A stretch of 64,000 bases of DNA from Alphaproteobacteria bacterium (GTDB lineage: Bacteria; Pseudomonadota; Alphaproteobacteria; UBA2966): positions 1,856,001 through 1,920,000 of the forward strand of contig OZ219856.1 of assembly GCA_964291395.2 (NCBI GenBank). Direction: 5' to 3'. The position numbers and the translations under genes were made by a program. Positions 30,544 to 40,978 of this stretch are shown piece by piece. How positions within the stretch are numbered: the first letter of the stretch is position 1; every line of letters starts with the position of its first letter. The notes under the pieces are model-generated. The model did not search any database. It was not told the origin of the DNA and worked only from the letters and a program-made list of their open reading frames with translations.

Positions 30544-30938
30544 ACCTCCAAGTGAGTGTGGAAGTTTATGGAAGTTGGCAGGGAAGTCAAGAGAAATCTG
30601 GGGCAGGTGTTGCTAATATCGCGTGGTGCCCGCCACGCAAGGCGACGCCTTGGGATATTGCCACTCCCAATTCAGGTCGTTCAGTTCCAACCCGCCTGGC
30701 CCGTCACTTGTCGATTCGCAGCAGAGTTGACATCTGAAAGCGCCTCCCGACCTTATGGACACCATCCGTATGTCCAGCATGTGACCTGTGAAACAGCTTG
30801 CAATCCCACCCAGTGGGCATACATTGCCGTTCAAGAGAACCCATCGGACTGCCGCCCAGAAAGGGAGATACGGGGTCCGATTACTACGACCCCAGGGACG
30901 CCTCGTGCGTCCCTGTATTTTTTGCGGTGTGACGCGAT

Positions 30939-31267
30939 ATGCCCGCTGACGCCCCGGTTCAAGCCCCCGTCATCGAGTGCGTGTGTTCGTCGACTTCTGG
31001 AACTACAAGCTTTCCATGCGGGACGCCGACGCGGCGTTCCGCACGGACCGGGCGAAGCTCGGGCCGGTGCTCGCGCTCGCCGCGGCTGCGGTCGTCGATG
31101 TCGCTACCCCCTCGGACCTCGACCTGCCCGGATACCGGCTTCACCCGCTGAAGGGGTATTGGAGCATCTCGATATCCGGCAACCGGCGGTTGATCTTCCG
31201 TTTCGAGGAGGGCGATGCCTACGACGCCCACCCGGTCGACCACCACCAGCGAGAGACCGCGCCATGA
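30939..31267 (+). pseudogene. Chimeric remnant: NYN-domain N-terminus fused to HigB toxin C-terminus
   Basis: RVFVDFWNY... (NYN-like) joined at VVD/DVA to [39 protein letters not shown] (HigB-like). Confidence 0.65.
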
Positions 31268-31539
31268 CGATGAGCAATCCCCCGCATCCCGGACGAAGCA
31301 TCCGGGAGAACTGCCTCGATCCGCTCGACCTGAGCGTCTCCGAGGCGGCAAGGGTGCTGGGCGTCGCCCGTCACACCCTCTCGCGGGTGCTGAACGGCCA
31401 CGCGGCCATCTCCCCGGAGATGGCCATTCGGCTGGAGAAGGCCGGCTGGTCCAGTGCGGAGTTCTGGCTGCGCCGCCCTGACGGACGAAGAGGCCGCGCG
31501 CATCGAAGGCATTTACCGGGACGTGTTCGCCAACGATGA
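31264..31539 (+). pseudogene. higA: HigA antitoxin, C-terminally truncated
   Basis: [55 protein letters not shown]...EFWLR, then unrelated tail. Confidence 0.8.
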
Positions 31540-31710
31540 ACGTGCGTAACCGAACCAGGCCCTGTCATAGCGTCCAAGAAGGCCCGCTTCACGGCATGGC
31601 ATGGCGGAAACAGCCCGTGAGCGGGCTTGCCCCTCCGGGCGTCGCATAGGGGTAAGAGCCGTGCCGGGGCTCCACCGGGCCACGTCGCCGGCGCCCACGC
31701 CCGGGCATTG

Positions 31711-33000
31711 CTACCGCCCGAACGGCACCGCCTCGACGTCCTCGATCCGTTCGTCCCCGGTGAAGCGCCAGACGCCGACGTGGCCGCGGCGCAGGTCGCC
31801 GTTCCCGTCCCAGTCCATGCCGCCCGAGGCGCCTTCGTAGTCGATCTCCCCGCCCCCGGCGAGAATGCGCAGCGCGTCGGCGACGCCCCGCGGGCCGGCG
31901 GTCACCACCGTGCCCGGCCCGCCGCCGACCGCCCGCAGCCGGTCGCGGATGGCGGCGCCGTCCACCCGGCCGGCGGCCTGCGCGGCGAGCGCCAGGACGA
32001 CCGTGGCGTCGTAGGCCTCCTTGACGTATGCGAGCACCGGCAGCGCGCCGTGCTGGTCGACCCAGGCCGCCTCCCACGCGGCGGACGACACGCTCTCGGG
32101 CGCGGTCGCGGGCCCGGTGCCGTACATGCCGCCGAGGCGGGCGCCGCCGATGGACCGGACCAGGCTCAGCCGCTTGGCGGCGTCGCCGAAGACGAAGTCG
32201 TCGTAAAGGCCGTCGTCGATCGCCTCGCGGACGATGGCGAGCGCCGCCGACTCGAAGGCGATCACCACCAGGGCCTGGGCGCCGCCGCCCGCGGACTCGC
32301 GCAGCGCCGTCAGGAAGCCGGTCTCGGCGCGGTCCACCGGGACGGCCTCGAGGGCGCCGTCCCAGGCCGCCGCGAAGGCGCCGGCGAGGCCCCGCCCCCA
32401 GGGGTCGTCGACATAGAGCAGGCCGACATTGTCGAAGCCCCGCTCGCGCGCGAGACGGGCGAGGACGGGTCCCTGGGAGACGTCGGAAAGGGCGGTCCGA
32501 AACAGGAAATCGTCGTCGGCGGCCCCGGTCAGCTCCGGCGACGTGGCCGAGAAGCTGACGGTGGGGACGGCGGCCGGACCGGTCACCCGCTCGGCCACCG
32601 GCAGCGCGCTGGCGCTGGCGTTGGGGCCGACGACGGCATGGACGCCCTCGACCTCGACGAGGCGCCGCGCCGCCGCGACCGCCTTCTCCGGGTCCGCCGT
32701 GGCGTCGGCGACCGCGACCGCCACGGGCAGGCCGAACACGCCGCCGCCGCCGTTGACGTGCGCGATCGCGAGCTCGAACGCCCGCCGCCTGTCCCTCGGG
32801 ACCTCGGCCGAGCCGCTGCTGAAATCCATCAGCAATCCGATCTTGAGCGCCGTGGCCTCGTCCGCCCGCGCCGCCGACGGCTCCGCCGCCGCTCCAACCA
32901 GCGAGATGCCGGCCGCACCGAGCAGCATCCCGACCGCACGCGCCCGGAAAGACGCCCGGTGGCAGAAATTGCGGATCATCGTGAATTTCCTCCACTCCAA
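31711..33000 (-). CDS. ABC transporter substrate-binding protein, branched-chain amino acid type
   Basis: Signal peptide; KIGLLMDFS, VNGGGGVFG, SATSPEL, FLFRTALSD, YEGASG. Confidence 0.88.
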   Translation of the reverse strand: MEWRKFTMIRNFCHRASFRARAVGMLLGAAGISLVGAAAEPSAARADEATALKIGLLMDFSSGSAEVPRDRRRAFELAIAHVNGGGGVFGLPVAVAVADATADPEKAVAAARRLVEVEGVHAVVGPNASASALPVAERVTGPAAVPTVSFSATSPELTGAADDDFLFRTALSDVSQGPVLARLARERGFDNVGLLYVDDPWGRGLAGAFAAAWDGALEAVPVDRAETGFLTALRESAGGGAQALVVIAFESAALAIVREAIDDGLYDDFVFGDAAKRLSLVRSIGGARLGGMYGTGPATAPESVSSAAWEAAWVDQHGALPVLAYVKEAYDATVVLALAAQAAGRVDGAAIRDRLRAVGGGPGTVVTAGPRGVADALRILAGGGEIDYEGASGGMDWDGNGDLRRGHVGVWRFTGDERIEDVEAVPFGR

Positions 33001-33219
33001 CGTGAAGCCGCGGAAACCGGCCCGCTCCCGGCCGACCGCACCGCGTCACCAGCGACAGCGACCATGCGATGCACGACGCCGTCCTGTCCAGCGCCCGGGA
33101 GAGGGTCCGGCCCGTCACCGGGGAAACCCGCCGAGGTTCGCGTCCCGCCAGCCGCGCGGCGTCCGGGCGCCGACGAGGTTCCGCGATTCGCCGCGGCCGC
33201 GACGGAACGGCCCGAGGCT

Positions 33220-34065
33220 TCAACCGGACAGGAATTCCTCGATGACGGCGGCCCTGGCGGCCGTCGCTTCCAGGCCGTCCGGCAGCCTCCCCAGCGCCGC
33301 CCCCGGAACGAGGGCGGCGACGTCCCGCGCCGCCCCGGAAGCGAGGTGAGCGGGATCCTCCAGGACCAGGGTCGGGACCCGGATCAGCGGCAGGCGCCGG
33401 CGCCGCGGATGGCGGAACGCGGCGCGGTACGAGTGGTGGAACGTGCGCAGGCCCTTGAGCACCTCCAGCGTCGACTCGTGGAGGTCGCCCGCCGGGGGAA
33501 GGCCGAGGTGCAGGCGATGATCGCGGTCGCGCGCGAACCAGGGGTGGAACAGCGAATGGTCCCGCATGACGTGCCACGCCCAGAGGAGATGGCGCCCCAT
33601 GTCGTCGGGCTCGACCTCGGGCGAATGCGTTTCCAGCGCGCGTTCCATCTCGCCCTCCGCGGGCAGACTCACCTCGTCGAGGACGAGGCGCCGAACGCGG
33701 TCCGGCCGCGCGATGGCGACCTCGGCCGAGATCAGGGCCCCGGTGCGCACGCCGTAGAGATCGACCCTGTTCAGACCGAGGACGTCCAGCAGGCGCAGGG
33801 CGGCGTCGGCGAAGTAGTCGAGCCCCGGATCCCCCCGGTCGGGGGGCGCGGAGTCCCCGTTGCCGAGGGTGTCCGGCGCGACGAGCAGCCGCCCGCCGGC
33901 GAGGGCCCGCATCAACGGCACGAGGGAACCCGAGGCGACGGGCGACGAGTGCAGCAGGACGAGCGGCGCGGCGCCGGCCCCCTCCCGCGGCAGGCACCGG
34001 CGCAGGTGAACCTGGCCTTCCCGAATTCGGACGAAATCACGATCGATCGCCGGCATCCGGCTCAC
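33220..34065 (-). CDS. Alpha/beta hydrolase fold protein
   Basis: PLVLLHSSP, APDTLGNGDS, atypical nucleophile elbow GVRTG. Confidence 0.8.
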   Translation of the reverse strand: MSRMPAIDRDFVRIREGQVHLRRCLPREGAGAAPLVLLHSSPVASGSLVPLMRALAGGRLLVAPDTLGNGDSAPPDRGDPGLDYFADAALRLLDVLGLNRVDLYGVRTGALISAEVAIARPDRVRRLVLDEVSLPAEGEMERALETHSPEVEPDDMGRHLLWAWHVMRDHSLFHPWFARDRDHRLHLGLPPAGDLHESTLEVLKGLRTFHHSYRAAFRHPRRRRLPLIRVPTLVLEDPAHLASGAARDVAALVPGAALGRLPDGLEATAARAAVIEEFLSG

Positions 34066-34068
34066 CGC

Positions 34069-34530
34069 TCAGAGGATCTCGAACACGCGATAGAGGATGT
34101 GGTCGGGGTGGCGCTCCGCCTTGGCGACGCCGACGACGCGATTGAGCCAGAGGTAGCCGTCCGCGCCGGTCTCGAAGAACAGCGCGGCGCGCTGGTAGTA
34201 CGCGCCGGGGTCGACCGGTTCGCCCCTCACGATCCGGTCGAGCACCTCCCGGGGGCCGTGACGGAACCCGCGGAAGGCGACGTAGACGAAGGCGCCGTCG
34301 TCGGTCTCGAGGGTCATGCGCACGTCCATCTCGAGCACGCCGTCGGACCGTTCGAGGATCCAGTCGGCGCCGCCGGGCAGGATGCGGCCCCGCAGGCGGT
34401 CGCCTTCGAACCTGTCGCCCGTGATGGCGACGATTCGACGCCGGCCGTAGGGCGCGTCGCCCACCCGGACCTGCCCGGCGTCCGCCGTGACGAAGAGGTC
34501 GAACAGGTGGCGGGTGTCGATGCCGCTCAT
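34069..34530 (-). CDS. DUF3237 protein
   Basis: GDAPYGRRRIVAITG..FEG.RLRGRILPGGADW...LETDDGA...FETG..YLWLN. Confidence 0.88.
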   Translation of the reverse strand: MSGIDTRHLFDLFVTADAGQVRVGDAPYGRRRIVAITGDRFEGDRLRGRILPGGADWILERSDGVLEMDVRMTLETDDGAFVYVAFRGFRHGPREVLDRIVRGEPVDPGAYYQRAALFFETGADGYLWLNRVVGVAKAERHPDHILYRVFEIL

Positions 34531-34685
34531 GGCGCGCCCTCCGCGGTTCCTGCCGCGCGACCGGAGCCCGCGTTTACTTTCCCCCGGCGCGGTCCTATCA
34601 TTCTTGCAGGGGGCGGGTGAGAGTCAAACCCATCTCGCGGCAGCCACCGGCCTCCATGCAGCGCACGGGCAGGGAGGATTCAACC

Positions 34686-35759
34686 ATGAGACGTGCCGAC
34701 TCTCGGAAAAATTCGGAAAAATCGCTTATCTCGCGGCGCCAGGCCCTGAAGGCGTCTTCGGCCGTCGCCATCGGCGCGGCGGCCGGGCTCACGGGCTTTC
34801 CGGCCATCGTCCGCTCGGCCGGGATGCAGAAGTTCGGGCGCCCGATCATCGCGCCCATCGGCTCGAAGCCGGACGAGCCCTTCTACGTCGCCATAACGGG
34901 CGTGCAGAAGATCCTCAAGGAGAAGTACGACTGGGAGATCAACATGCTCACCCAGCCCTACGGCACCCTGGGGTCGAACCGCGGCCAGCTGGTGTCGGTC
35001 CAGTCCGGCTTCATCGACATCGCTCCGGGCTCGACCGGCAACTGGTCGTCGCTCACCAAGCTCTGGCAGTTCATGGACATGCCCTACCTGTTCGACGACT
35101 GGGAGCATGCCATGCGCACCGTCACGTCCGACGTCTGGTGGGAAACCGCCAAGAAGATGGAAGACGAGTTCGGCACCATCAAGGTGCTGCCGCCCATCAC
35201 CAGCGGCGGCTTCCGCATGCTGTCGAACAACACGCGCGAGCTCAAGGTGCCGGGCGACGTCGACGGCCTGAAGTTCCGCACCACGGCGTCACCGATCACC
35301 ATCGAGCTGATCCGCAAGTGGGGCGGCAACCCGACGCCCGTCGACTGGTTCGAGACCTATTCCTCGATCCAGCAGAACGTCGTCAACGGCATCCACGTGC
35401 AACCCTACTGGACCCACAAGTTCAACTTCCACGAGGTGCTGACCAACGCGACCGAAGTGCGGGCGGTGTGGGCCGTGAACGTCCTGGCCATGAACCGGAA
35501 CACGTTCGAATCCATGCCGGAGCCGCTGCAGGGCGCCTTCATGGAAGCGGCGAAGGAGGCGTTCGCCGTCGCCAACAAGATGGACTGGGACCTCGAAGAC
35601 ACGATGAAGGACAACCTGCGCCAGAACGGCGTCGAGATCTACACGCCGAGCAAGGCCGAGTACGACGCGTGGCGCAAGCTCGGCGAAGAGGTGTGGGAGA
35701 CCGACATCGGCAAGAGCGTCGACAAGTCCATGGTCGACAAGGTGATGGCGCAGCGGTAG
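34686..35759 (+). CDS. dctP: TRAP transporter substrate-binding protein, Tat signal
   Basis: SRRQALK twin-arginine; DMPYLF, GFR, GLKFRT, GGNPTPV; GGAGG RBS. Confidence 0.88.
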   Translation: MRRADSRKNSEKSLISRRQALKASSAVAIGAAAGLTGFPAIVRSAGMQKFGRPIIAPIGSKPDEPFYVAITGVQKILKEKYDWEINMLTQPYGTLGSNRGQLVSVQSGFIDIAPGSTGNWSSLTKLWQFMDMPYLFDDWEHAMRTVTSDVWWETAKKMEDEFGTIKVLPPITSGGFRMLSNNTRELKVPGDVDGLKFRTTASPITIELIRKWGGNPTPVDWFETYSSIQQNVVNGIHVQPYWTHKFNFHEVLTNATEVRAVWAVNVLAMNRNTFESMPEPLQGAFMEAAKEAFAVANKMDWDLEDTMKDNLRQNGVEIYTPSKAEYDAWRKLGEEVWETDIGKSVDKSMVDKVMAQR

Positions 35760-35844
35760 AGGCCCGCGTCGCGCATCGGCGCGCCGAAGGGGCGGCGGCG
35801 GCACGACCGGCCGCCGCCCCGCGCGCCAGCCCGACGGCCCCGGC

Positions 35845-36369
35845 ATGCAGGCCCTCCGACGCCTCGCCGACACCCTGAACCTGGCGGCGCAGGTGGTCGC
35901 CGGCGGCGCCCTGGCCGTCATCGCCGTCATCACCCTGATGCAGATCTACTTCCGCTTCGTCGTCAACGAGTCGCTCGTGTGGTCGGTGGAGCTGGGGACG
36001 TTCCTCAACGTCTGGGTGGGCTTCATCGGCGCCATCGTGGTCATGCGGACGTGGCAGCACACCAACATCCCGACGTTCGTGAGCATGGTGCCGACTCCCG
36101 CCCGCTACTACGTCATGACGGCCGTCAAGCTCATCCCCTTCGCCTTCGTGCTCTACGTGGCCGTCAACGGGATCGACTTCATCCAGGGCCCCTTCCACCT
36201 GACCTCGCCGGCCATGGGGTTCAACACGCGCTGGGTCAAGCTCGCCATCCCGATCTCCGCGGCGGTCATGGCCTTCTTCTGCATCCTCATCATCCTCGAG
36301 GACGTCCTCGCCCTCAGACGGGGCGACGAGGACCACTTCGACAAACAGGGCAGCGCGGGGGTCGAATAG
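35845..36369 (+). CDS. dctQ: TRAP small permease
   Basis: 4 TM helices; QIYFRFVVNESLVWSVEL. Confidence 0.88.
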   Translation: MQALRRLADTLNLAAQVVAGGALAVIAVITLMQIYFRFVVNESLVWSVELGTFLNVWVGFIGAIVVMRTWQHTNIPTFVSMVPTPARYYVMTAVKLIPFAFVLYVAVNGIDFIQGPFHLTSPAMGFNTRWVKLAIPISAAVMAFFCILIILEDVLALRRGDEDHFDKQGSAGVE

Positions 36370-36402
36370 GGCGCGCCGGACGCCGTCCGACTCGAGCACG
36401 TC

Positions 36403-37701
36403 ATGGAATTCGTCGGACCCTGGCTGATCCTGCCCTTCTTCGTCCTGCTGGTGCTGGGCGTGCCGGTCGCCTTCTGCCTCGGCTTCTCGGTGCTGTTCTT
36501 CTTCTTCTTCTCGGGAACGACCATCCCGATCGTCATCGTGTTCACCGAGATGTACGACGGGGTGGCCATCGGCGCCCTCCTCGCCTTTCCGCTGTTCATC
36601 CTCACGGGGGAGCTGCTCACGCGCGCGGAGATCACCGAAAAACTGGTGAAGCTGTCCAATTCCCTGGTGGGCTGGATGAAGGGCGGCCTCGGCCACGTCA
36701 ACATCGTCACCAGCATGTTCTTCGCCGGCATCTCGGGATCCGCCATCGCGGACACGGCCTCCATCGGCCCCATCCTGATCCCGGCCATGGTGCGCGAGAA
36801 GTTTCCCAGGGCGTTCTCGGCGGCCGTGACGGCGGCGAGCTCCATCGTCGGACCCGTCATCCCGCCGAGCATTCCCATCATCATCGTCGGCGCGCAGCTC
36901 GACATCTCGATCGGCGGACTGTTCGCCGCGGGCATCGTGCCGGGAATCCTGCTGGGGCTCGCGCTCATGACCGTCAACTACGTCATCTGCGCGCGCAACG
37001 ACTACGGCGAGATCCATCCCTTCGCCGGCGTGCCGGCGGCGATAAGGGCAACCGGCGCGGCCGTCCCGGCGCTCCTGATCCCGGTCATACTGCTGGGCGG
37101 CATCCTGTCCGGCGTGTTCACGCCGGGAGAAGCCGGCGCCGTGGCCGCCGCCTACACCGTGCTGGTCGGCGTCTTCTACTACCGGACGCTGAACCTGACG
37201 CGCCTCGGAATGGCGCTGGCCTCGGCCGCCCGGGTCGTGGGATCGGTGATGATCATCCTGGCCTGCGCCGTGATCTTCAGCCGCATCCTCGCCTTCTACC
37301 AGATCCCGAAGGAGCTGCTGGATTTCCTGGTGTCGATCACCGAGAACCGGATCGTCCTCATACTGCTGATCGTCGTGCTGTTCCTGTTCGTCGGCATGTT
37401 CATGGACGCGGTCGTCAACATGATCATCCTGGGGCCCCTGCTGATGCCCCTGTTCGTCCAGGGCCTCGGCTTCCACCCGATCCAGTTCGGCATGTTCCTG
37501 ATGGTCGGGCTCCTGCTCGGCCTGGTCACGCCGCCGCTGGGCCTGTGCCTGTTCATCGCCGCGCCCATCGCGCGGGAAACGCTCGACCGCACCGCGCTGG
37601 CCGTCCTCCCCTTCCTGCTCGCGGAAATCGTCATCCTGCTGCTGATCGCGTTCGTGCCGGACGTCACCATGCACGTGCCGCGCCTGCTCGATTTCTCGTA
37701 G
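36403..37701 (+). CDS. dctM: TRAP large permease
   Basis: GISGSAIAD, IPPSIP, TPGEAGA, TPPLG. Confidence 0.92.
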   Translation: MEFVGPWLILPFFVLLVLGVPVAFCLGFSVLFFFFFSGTTIPIVIVFTEMYDGVAIGALLAFPLFILTGELLTRAEITEKLVKLSNSLVGWMKGGLGHVNIVTSMFFAGISGSAIADTASIGPILIPAMVREKFPRAFSAAVTAASSIVGPVIPPSIPIIIVGAQLDISIGGLFAAGIVPGILLGLALMTVNYVICARNDYGEIHPFAGVPAAIRATGAAVPALLIPVILLGGILSGVFTPGEAGAVAAAYTVLVGVFYYRTLNLTRLGMALASAARVVGSVMIILACAVIFSRILAFYQIPKELLDFLVSITENRIVLILLIVVLFLFVGMFMDAVVNMIILGPLLMPLFVQGLGFHPIQFGMFLMVGLLLGLVTPPLGLCLFIAAPIARETLDRTALAVLPFLLAEIVILLLIAFVPDVTMHVPRLLDFS

Positions 37702-37770
37702 CGAAGGAAGGACGGGACAGACGGGAGCGGAGCACGTCATGGGAACCGCGTACGGCCGGCCGGATTCAAG

Positions 37771-39459
37771 ATGACCGACGCCATCCCGACGATCGCCGAG
37801 GCGGCCCGGGCGATCGAAGCGAAAGACCTGTCGGCGACCGAGCTCACCGAGGCGTCGCTGCGCCGCGCCGAGGCCTGGCAGCCGCACCTCGACGCCTTCA
37901 TCACGCTGACCGCCGACCAGGCGCTGGAACAGGCCCGTGCCGCCGACCGGGAATTGTCGGCCGGCAACCACCGCGGGCCCCTGCACGGCATCCCGTTCGG
38001 CCTCAAGGACATCTACGAGACGGCCGGCATCCTCACGACGGCGCACTCGAAGATCCTGGCGAATCACCTTCCCGCCGAAGACTGCGCGCCCGTCGAGCGG
38101 CTCTACGCCGGCGGCGCGGTCCTGCTCGGAAAGCTGGCGACGCACGAGTTCGCGCACGGCGGGCCGGCCTTCGACCTGCCCTGGCCGCCCGCGCGCAACC
38201 CGTGGAACCCCGCCCATTTCACGGGCGGTTCGAGCAGCGGCTCCGGCGCCGCGGTGGCAGCCGGACTCGTGCCCGGCGCCATGGGGTCCGACACCGGCGG
38301 CTCGGTGCGCAATCCCGCGAGCCTGTGCGGCACGGTCGGCCTCAAGCCAACCTACGGCCTGATCAGCCGGCACGGGGTTCTTCCCAACTCCTACACGTTC
38401 GACGTGTGCGGACCGCTGACGTGGACGGTCGAGGACTGCGCGATCATGCTGCAGGCGCTGGCCGGGTTCGATCCGCGGGACGCGGGGAGCGCCGACCGCG
38501 AGCCCCCCGACTACCGCGCCGCGCTGACCGGCGACATACGGGGCCTGCGGGTCGGCGTCGTGCGGCATTTCTGGGAAGAGGACCTTCCCGCCAATTCCGA
38601 GGTAAGGGCGGGCATGGAAGCGGCCCTCGCCGTGCTCGCGGACCTGGGCGCGGTCCCGGAGGACGTCCGCCTGCGGCCGATGCAGGACTACTGCGACGTC
38701 AAGATCGTCATCGGCGAGTCGGAGCTCTTCGCCCTCCACCACCGGGACTTCATGACCCGTCCCGGCGACTTCTGCCGGGACTTTCTCGGCCGCAGCCTGC
38801 CCGCCGTGCTGTTCAGCGGCGCCGACTACGTGCATGCCCAGCGCGAACGGCGCATCATGCTGCGCGAGATGGAGGACGTCTACGAACGATTCGACGTCCT
38901 GGTATCGCCGAGCCAGTACGGCCCGGCGCCCCTGCTGAACGGGTTCGACACGGTCTCCTACTTCTGGCGGAACCCCACCATCGCCACGCCGTTCAGCGTC
39001 ACGGGCGGCCCCGCCATATCGGTGTGCATGGGCTTCAGCGAGTCCGGCCTGCCGCTCGGCCTGCAGATCGCCGGCCGCCCCTTCGACGACGCGCGGGTCC
39101 TGCGAGCCGCCCACGCCTACGAATCGGCGACGCCGTGGCGCGGGAAGCGCCCGTCGCTGGAAGCGGCCAGGAACGCCGAAGTCAAGAGCGAGAGCGCGCC
39201 GGCGGCGGAACGCGGGACGCCCGGCGGCGGCGCCCTGCGCGACGAAGTCGGGCGGGCCGTCCGCGCGCACGGCCTGACCCTCGGCGACGAGCTGCTGGCA
39301 ATCATCGAGGAAGCCGCGCCGCACGCGAAGGCCCGGGCCGAACGACTGCGCACCGGGCGCCCCTACGACGTCGAACTGTCGAACACCTTCAGCTTCGAAA
39401 CGGGCGCCTCATCGCCGACCGATCACGAGTCGGCCTCACGAAGGGGGAGGAACAGATGA
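37771..39459 (+). CDS. Amidase signature family protein with C-terminal extension
   Basis: GPLHGIPFGLKD, GGSSSGSG, GSDTGGSVRNPAS. Confidence 0.9.
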   Translation: MTDAIPTIAEAARAIEAKDLSATELTEASLRRAEAWQPHLDAFITLTADQALEQARAADRELSAGNHRGPLHGIPFGLKDIYETAGILTTAHSKILANHLPAEDCAPVERLYAGGAVLLGKLATHEFAHGGPAFDLPWPPARNPWNPAHFTGGSSSGSGAAVAAGLVPGAMGSDTGGSVRNPASLCGTVGLKPTYGLISRHGVLPNSYTFDVCGPLTWTVEDCAIMLQALAGFDPRDAGSADREPPDYRAALTGDIRGLRVGVVRHFWEEDLPANSEVRAGMEAALAVLADLGAVPEDVRLRPMQDYCDVKIVIGESELFALHHRDFMTRPGDFCRDFLGRSLPAVLFSGADYVHAQRERRIMLREMEDVYERFDVLVSPSQYGPAPLLNGFDTVSYFWRNPTIATPFSVTGGPAISVCMGFSESGLPLGLQIAGRPFDDARVLRAAHAYESATPWRGKRPSLEAARNAEVKSESAPAAERGTPGGGALRDEVGRAVRAHGLTLGDELLAIIEEAAPHAKARAERLRTGRPYDVELSNTFSFETGASSPTDHESASRRGRNR

Positions 39460-40325
39460 ACGACGAAGCTGGAAGAAAGCCGTGGCGGGGCTTTTCCGCG
39501 CCGCTCCATCCCGAAGGCAGGTACGCGCTCTACGGGCCGCCGCCCTGGCATTTCGAGGGGTACATGTCGGCCGTACGGCTGCGGTGCGACCGCGACGCCA
39601 TCGACCACATGGTCCCCGAACCGATGAAAACGGCGGCGGACCCCCTCGTCGAGATCGCCGTGTTCGACTGCCGCTGCGACTACGGCCTCGGCGAGGAATA
39701 CGCGCAGCGGAACCCGGACCAGGTCCGCTTTCAGGAATCGTTCGCCCGCCACTTCATCGAATACGAGGGAGCGGTGGGCTACTGGATGCCGTACATCTGG
39801 TGCAACACCGACAGCGAATTCGCCATCGGCCGCGAGATGTACGGGTGGCCCCACAAATGGGGCAACGTGGCCCTGACCGAACGTCCCTTCCGGGGATGGC
39901 GGGCCGGCGACATCGTGACGGGGCTCGTCGGCCGCGGCTGCCGCGCCGTGCTGGAGTTCGAGATCGAGCTCGAACGACCGGGCGACCTCGGCGGCATCGG
40001 CATGGCCCAGGGCGCGGACGACGACAGATCCGCGGGCACCGCGCCGGGGCGGACCGGCACCGACGTGCGCTGGGGTTCCAGCTTCACCCAGGTCGCGCTG
40101 CCCCACCCCGCCGAGCAGGGCATGGTCCTGCAGCGCCTGGTGCGCAACCAGATGCTGGACGTCGAGTTCACCGATATCTGGACGGGAAAGGGTTCGTTCG
40201 AGGTCTACGCCCCCGAGCTCCAATACCTCGAGGGCGCGGAAGTCGTCAGCGCCCGCTGGCACACGATCGTCTGGACGAAGCCCTATCCGGCCGAGGTCGT
40301 GCTGGAGGAACTGGTCGCGGCGTAA
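39456..40325 (+). CDS. Acetoacetate decarboxylase family protein
   Basis: GGAGG RBS, ATGA overlap; PPPWHFEG, GREMYGWPHK; it is the real coding tail of the 1448-aa shadow ORF. Confidence 0.8.
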   Translation: MNDEAGRKPWRGFSAPLHPEGRYALYGPPPWHFEGYMSAVRLRCDRDAIDHMVPEPMKTAADPLVEIAVFDCRCDYGLGEEYAQRNPDQVRFQESFARHFIEYEGAVGYWMPYIWCNTDSEFAIGREMYGWPHKWGNVALTERPFRGWRAGDIVTGLVGRGCRAVLEFEIELERPGDLGGIGMAQGADDDRSAGTAPGRTGTDVRWGSSFTQVALPHPAEQGMVLQRLVRNQMLDVEFTDIWTGKGSFEVYAPELQYLEGAEVVSARWHTIVWTKPYPAEVVLEELVAA

Positions 40326-40371
40326 CCGCCGTCACGGGAGCGGCCTCGGCGCCGCCGGTTCGGCCCGCCTC

Positions 40372-40400
40372 GAGAGGTTCCGGTCAAACCGGAACCTCTC
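40372..40400. terminator. Hairpin between convergent genes
   Basis: Perfect 13-bp stem GAGAGGTTCCGGT-caa-ACCGGAACCTCTC. Confidence 0.65.
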
Positions 40401-40978
40401 TAGCCCCGCACCTCCAGGATCACGCCGAAGCGTTTCTGCAGGTCAATCTTCTCGAGATCGCCGCCGCGGGCCCCGCCGTCCCCGGTATTCTTCAAGTCGC
40501 GCTTCGTTTCCTCGCTCATGACCACGACGACGTTCGTCGCGGCTTCCAGCGGAAACGGGAATTCGTGCCAAGTGCCGATGTCGAGGCACATGCCCGCCGA
40601 CCCGTCGAAAGCGAACGCCTCGACCTCTTCGATCTCCGGCGCCCGCGGCGCGTCGCCGTCCCACGAACCGTCGGGCCGCCGGCAGGTGGGACGGCCGAGC
40701 ACCATCACGAACGGCTTGCCGCCCAGGGGGATGAAGGTCTGGGTATGCTTGTTGTGGTACTCCATCCACCGCACCTCCATGGGCCGCGGATCGAGCATCG
40801 CAAGCGTCAGGCACACGTCGTCCCGGGCAGTGAACGCCGCCGGCTGGCTCACGCGCACGGCCTCGGCATAGAACCCCGTTTCCCGGACCAGGTCGGCAGG
40901 GGGCGGCGCCAGCAAGCTGCCGTAGCCGGCCAATGCATCCGGCGTCGCCCGTTTCGGCGTCAGGACCTTGCGCTTCAA
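40400..40978 (-). CDS. Ureidoglycolate lyase (AllA)-like cupin
   Basis: TPDALAGYG, MEYHNKHTQTFIPLGG, GTWHEFPFPL; TTG start overlapping the upstream stop. Confidence 0.75.
   Translation of the reverse strand: MKRKVLTPKRATPDALAGYGSLLAPPPADLVRETGFYAEAVRVSQPAAFTARDDVCLTLAMLDPRPMEVRWMEYHNKHTQTFIPLGGKPFVMVLGRPTCRRPDGSWDGDAPRAPEIEEVEAFAFDGSAGMCLDIGTWHEFPFPLEAATNVVVVMSEETKRDLKNTGDGGARGGDLEKIDLQKRFGVILEVRG

Larger units (their letters stand above)
17470..30900. mobile_element. Low-GC horizontally acquired defence island
   Basis: Abrupt drop in GC (by eye ~50-55% vs ~68-70%) starting at the IS256 end; contains only dnd/pbe-like/DUF262 genes; no integrase seen. Confidence 0.75.

Noticed and set aside
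30556-31539. 327-aa ORF as a novel HigA fusion
   Set aside because: Only 31264 onward resembles HigA; the rest crosses non-coding DNA and other remnants
12142-31710. att-like direct repeats or a tRNA at the outer boundaries of the accessory region
   Set aside because: None seen by eye at either edge
31589-34620. 802-aa and 997-aa ORFs
   Set aside because: Alternate or antisense frames of the SBP, hydrolase and DUF3237 genes; no motifs
35979-40325. 1448-aa ORF, and the 1261-aa antisense ORF at 35539-39324
   Set aside because: Arg/Gly/Pro-rich shadow frames of dctQM and the amidase in high-GC DNA; only the last 289 codons (39456-40325) are a real gene
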